In this document: positions 61,120 to 64,000 of the stretch, in pieces
How the letters are laid out: each line of letters opens with the position of its first letter
How positions within the stretch are numbered: the first letter of the stretch is position 1
DNA from: Terriglobia bacterium
GTDB lineage: Bacteria; Acidobacteriota; Terriglobia; Versatilivoradales; Versatilivoraceae
DNA length: 64,000 bases
Direction of reading: 5' to 3'
Assembly (NCBI GenBank): GCA_951813285.1
Contig: OX638355.1
Coordinates: 837,136-901,135, forward strand
Translations under genes and position numbers: made by a program
The notes under the pieces: generated by a model
What the model saw: the letters and a program-made list of their open reading frames with translations, nothing else
The model's database searches: none
What the model was told of the DNA's origin: nothing

Positions 61120-61962
61120 TCAACAAATCTTGCCGATGGCGGCCAGCATTCTTCCGGTGCTCCCTCGGCCCCCCCGGTAGGAATAAAAGGCGTCTCTATT
61201 GCAGCAGGTGCAGGGTGGATGGCTGAAGATGCTCTTGTCGGGGAGTCCCGCGTTTTCCAGTTGGCAGCGGCAGGCAGCCGACAGGTCCAGCATGCGCCGG
61301 GAGTTTCCGGGATTGTCCGAAGGCCCGGTTCCGGCGGAGAAGGCCCGTCCGGGAGATTGCAAGTCCCGCCACAACTCGGGCCGGCCGCGAAAAGCCTCCT
61401 CGAAAGGCGCGGCCACATCCCGGCCCACTTCATAGCAGCAGGGGCCGATCGAAGGCCCGATGACGGCCAGGCAGTGCCCCGGATCGGAGGCGTATCGGGA
61501 CTGCATGCGCGCCAGGGTCCGGGGGACCACCCCCGCCAGGATGCCTCGCCAACCGGCGTGGACGGCCGCCAGGATCCGTTTCGACCTGTCGACGATGAGC
61601 ACGGGCAGACAATCGGCCACCTGCACGGCCAACAGCAGTCCGGAGCGATGGGTAATCAGGGCGTCTCCCTCTGCCGGCAGGGTTCCCGGAGCCAACCGGT
61701 CCAGGCAAACGACGCCGTCGGAATGGCATTGGCGCAGCCGAACCAGGATCATGTTCTTTCCGGCCGGGCCGGTGACAAAGTCGGTCTGAATCGGGAGGGG
61801 TTTGACATCTTCTCCGGATTGCCCGAAACTCGAATCGCCCAGCGCCGGGCGGTCTCGCAGGCTGAATCCGTGAACCAGCCACGGACAGGCTGCCAGCGCC
61901 GGGTGTTGCAGGAATAGACCGCCGGGGCCCAGGTCATAAGGGTCTCCTCTGTGACGAGGCAA
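61120..61962 (-). CDS. pgeF: peptidoglycan editing factor PgeF (YfiH)
   Basis: QCHSD, ADCLPVL, VHAGWRG, GPSIGPCCYEVG, CTCC..FYSYR; start ambiguous. Confidence 0.9.
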   Translation of the reverse strand: MPRHRGDPYDLGPGGLFLQHPALAACPWLVHGFSLRDRPALGDSSFGQSGEDVKPLPIQTDFVTGPAGKNMILVRLRQCHSDGVVCLDRLAPGTLPAEGDALITHRSGLLLAVQVADCLPVLIVDRSKRILAAVHAGWRGILAGVVPRTLARMQSRYASDPGHCLAVIGPSIGPCCYEVGRDVAAPFEEAFRGRPELWRDLQSPGRAFSAGTGPSDNPGNSRRMLDLSAACRCQLENAGLPDKSIFSHPPCTCCNRDAFYSYRGGRGSTGRMLAAIGKIC

Positions 61963-61969
61963 AAGGGTC

Positions 61970-62347
61970 GTGATCGTCGGAACCGGCATTGACCTTGTCG
62001 AGATCAGCAAGCTGAGAGCAGCCATGGAGCGGCGGGGTGACCGCTTGCGGAACCGGATATTCACGCCGGACGAGATCCGCTATTGCGACCGGCGCCCCAA
62101 CCCCTTTCAACACTACGCAGCCCGGTTCGCCGCCAAGGAGGCTCTCTTCAAGGCCCTCGGGACGGGATGGAGCGGTGGCGTGGGCTGGCGTGATGCCGAA
62201 GTTCGCAACAGGACCAGCGGGGAACCGGATCTGCTGCTCTCCGGAAAAGCCCTGGAGGTGGCTCGCCAACTGGGGGCGGCCCGCTACCGGGTCAGCCTGT
62301 CCCACACCGATGGCTACGCCGTGGCCCAGGTCATCCTCGAGGACTGA
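61970..62347 (+). CDS. acpS: holo-ACP synthase
   Basis: IVGTGIDLVE, ARFAAKEALFKALGTG, VSLSH. Confidence 0.96.
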   Translation: MIVGTGIDLVEISKLRAAMERRGDRLRNRIFTPDEIRYCDRRPNPFQHYAARFAAKEALFKALGTGWSGGVGWRDAEVRNRTSGEPDLLLSGKALEVARQLGAARYRVSLSHTDGYAVAQVILED

Positions 62348-63719
62348 ACGTCCCGCCCTCCGGGGCGGCTGAAGCGAAAGCGGCGACTCCCTTCGGGGTG
62401 AGTCCCGTGACTCGCACCTGCAACAGTCGATTGGGCCGCGATTCAGCGCCGGCCACTTCGACCTGCAGAAAATTGGAGCTCAGGGCTCGCCGGGTCGTCT
62501 GTGAAGGTCCGTCCTGGAGAGTGATCACGGGCAGATCGCGCCCCACCTGGGATTCCCGAAAGCGCCGGTTCTTGAGTTCCCCCAGCGTCCGCAACTCCAG
62601 GCTTCTCGAGGCCGCCACCGATTGGGGCACCTCCGGCTCGAGTCGGGCCGCGGCGGTGCCGGGTCGCCGGGAGAAGGGAAATACGTGCAGGTAGGTCAGA
62701 GGTGAATTCCGGATCAAGTCCCGTGTCAGGGTATGATCTTCCTCTGTCTCTCCAGGGAAACCCACCATCACGTCGGCTCCGATCGCCGCTTCGGGAACGC
62801 GCCGCCGGATCTTTCTCAGCAGGTCCAGATAGCGGGCGGCTCGGTAGGGCCGCCGCATGAGACCCAGAATGCGGCTGGAGCCGCTCTGCAGCGGCACATG
62901 GAAGTGCTTGGCCATCCCGGGAGAGGTCGCTACCAGCTCGATGATCTCGTCGGTGACTTCCAGGGGTTCGATGGAACTGAGTCGCAACCGTTTCAGGGGC
63001 TCTTCCTGGAGGAGCCGTCGGATCAGACCTGCCAGACGGGCGCCGGGGTGCAAGTCTCTTCCGTAGCCTCCCAGGTGGATGCCGGTCAGCACGATTTCCT
63101 TGTAGCCCTGATTCATCAGGTGACGGGTCTGCCGAAGCACCTCCTTCAGGGGCAGGCTGCGCGAGTCGCCTCGCACAAAGGGAATCACACAGTAGGAGCA
63201 TCGATAGCTGCAGCCGTCCTGCACCTTCAGAAAAGCCCGGGTTCGGTCTCCCCCTGACATGTCGGCAATGGATCGCAGCTCCCGGGACTCGAAGATGCTG
63301 CTGCAGTAAACCTCGGCGCCGCCGGGCAGTCGTGCCTCTGCCTCGGCGCAATCGGCGGGAACTCGGGCGGGCAGGTGTTTCTCCGTGACCAGGGTCGCCA
63401 GTTGCTGTTTGTGGGAGTTGCCCACCACGCAGCTCACACCCTCCATTCGGGCGATTTCCTCGGGCGCACGCTGGGCGTAACAACCGGTCACCACGATGCT
63501 GGCGCCGGGGTTTTGGCGGTGAATCCTCCGGATCGCCTGACGGGCCTGGGCATCGGCCGTCCGAGTGACGGTGCAGGTGTTGATAACTACGACGTCTGAG
63601 GCCTCTCCCTTGCGACTCTTCTCCAGGTTCCTCCGAAGAAGCGCCTGCTCGAGGGCAGCTCCATCCGACTGGCTGGCCCGGCAGCCGAAGTTGAGGACCG
63701 AAAAAGTTGGGTTTCCCAT
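62331..63719 (-). CDS. mtaB: tRNA t6A37 methylthiotransferase MtaB
   Basis: NFGCR, INTCTVT, VTGCYAQ, KVQDGCSYRCSYC, LSSIEP, VGFPGET, HVFPFSRRPGT. Confidence 0.94.
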   Translation of the reverse strand: MGNPTFSVLNFGCRASQSDGAALEQALLRRNLEKSRKGEASDVVVINTCTVTRTADAQARQAIRRIHRQNPGASIVVTGCYAQRAPEEIARMEGVSCVVGNSHKQQLATLVTEKHLPARVPADCAEAEARLPGGAEVYCSSIFESRELRSIADMSGGDRTRAFLKVQDGCSYRCSYCVIPFVRGDSRSLPLKEVLRQTRHLMNQGYKEIVLTGIHLGGYGRDLHPGARLAGLIRRLLQEEPLKRLRLSSIEPLEVTDEIIELVATSPGMAKHFHVPLQSGSSRILGLMRRPYRAARYLDLLRKIRRRVPEAAIGADVMVGFPGETEEDHTLTRDLIRNSPLTYLHVFPFSRRPGTAAARLEPEVPQSVAASRSLELRTLGELKNRRFRESQVGRDLPVITLQDGPSQTTRRALSSNFLQVEVAGAESRPNRLLQVRVTGLTPKGVAAFASAAPEGGTFSPRG

Positions 63720-63841
63720 TTGAAAAATTCCGACACCTGTCTGACCGGAACGCCCGAGCTCGGCCGGGGCCCCGCGACAATCCTCGGGGTTGCTCGCGCC
63801 GGGGACGTGATCCCGGCAAGTCGCCCCTGCTCGCTGACGGC

Positions 63842-63871
63842 TTGAAGCCGTCGCACGAAATTCCCTATAAT
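63842..63871 (+). promoter_or_regulatory. sigma70 promoter for a gene leaving the window
   Basis: TTGAAG-18 nt-TATAAT. Confidence 0.55.
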
Positions 63872-63922
63872 AGCAGAACCGATTCAGAGGAGTTCCCGCC
63901 ATCGCGGGGCTTTGGGGGAAGG

Positions 63923-64000
63923 ATGCCCGAGGAGACGGAAAATCTCATTCAAGACCGCCCAGTCGAGGAGCGAGCCAACCTGAGACCAGGGAACCCGCGG
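63923..64000 (+). CDS. 5' end of an unidentified gene (partial)
   Basis: GGGGGAAGG then ATG, open for 26 codons to the window edge, downstream of a promoter. Confidence 0.4.
   Translation, partial: MPEETENLIQDRPVEERANLRPGNPR

Overview
High-GC bacterial chromosome segment, most likely Acidobacteriota (inferred from the CarboxypepD-fused TonB receptor, TrbI-like secreted protein and short Jag). It contains the replication origin region: gyrA-gyrB-recF-dnaN-[oriC]-dnaA divergent from rpmH-rnpA-yidD-yidC-jag-mnmE-mnmG-rsmG-[2x parS]-parA-parB. The middle (11.8-40 kb) and the right end (58-64 kb) are mostly housekeeping and metabolic genes (Fe-S/FAD D-lactate dehydrogenase, surA-like, mfd, rfaE2, bioB, M32 peptidase, tal, gntK, rhomboid, ACP-FAAL-acyltransferase fusion, metK, M24 peptidase, tyrA-like, pgeF, acpS, mtaB). 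The first ~11.5 kb looks accessory: a stacked toxin-antitoxin array with orphan antitoxins, a TMTC-like glycosyltransferase, a P450, a DUF5131 gene that runs ~310 nt antisense into the P450, a DUF2726 protein with 47-aa repeats, a truncated beta-barrel gene and a TonB receptor. I found no complete, clearly new multi-gene system. The best unexplained signals are a dispersed miniature element family with GCCCGCATTTCTC ends (one apparently complete 133-bp copy), a decayed PqqD/RRE-like gene next to a nested-inverted-repeat element, structured leaders before metK and the TonB receptor, a very AT-rich stretch inside a coding region near parB, and non-canonical DnaA boxes paired with an altered DnaA signature. 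All product calls come from motif recognition by eye; no database searches were run.
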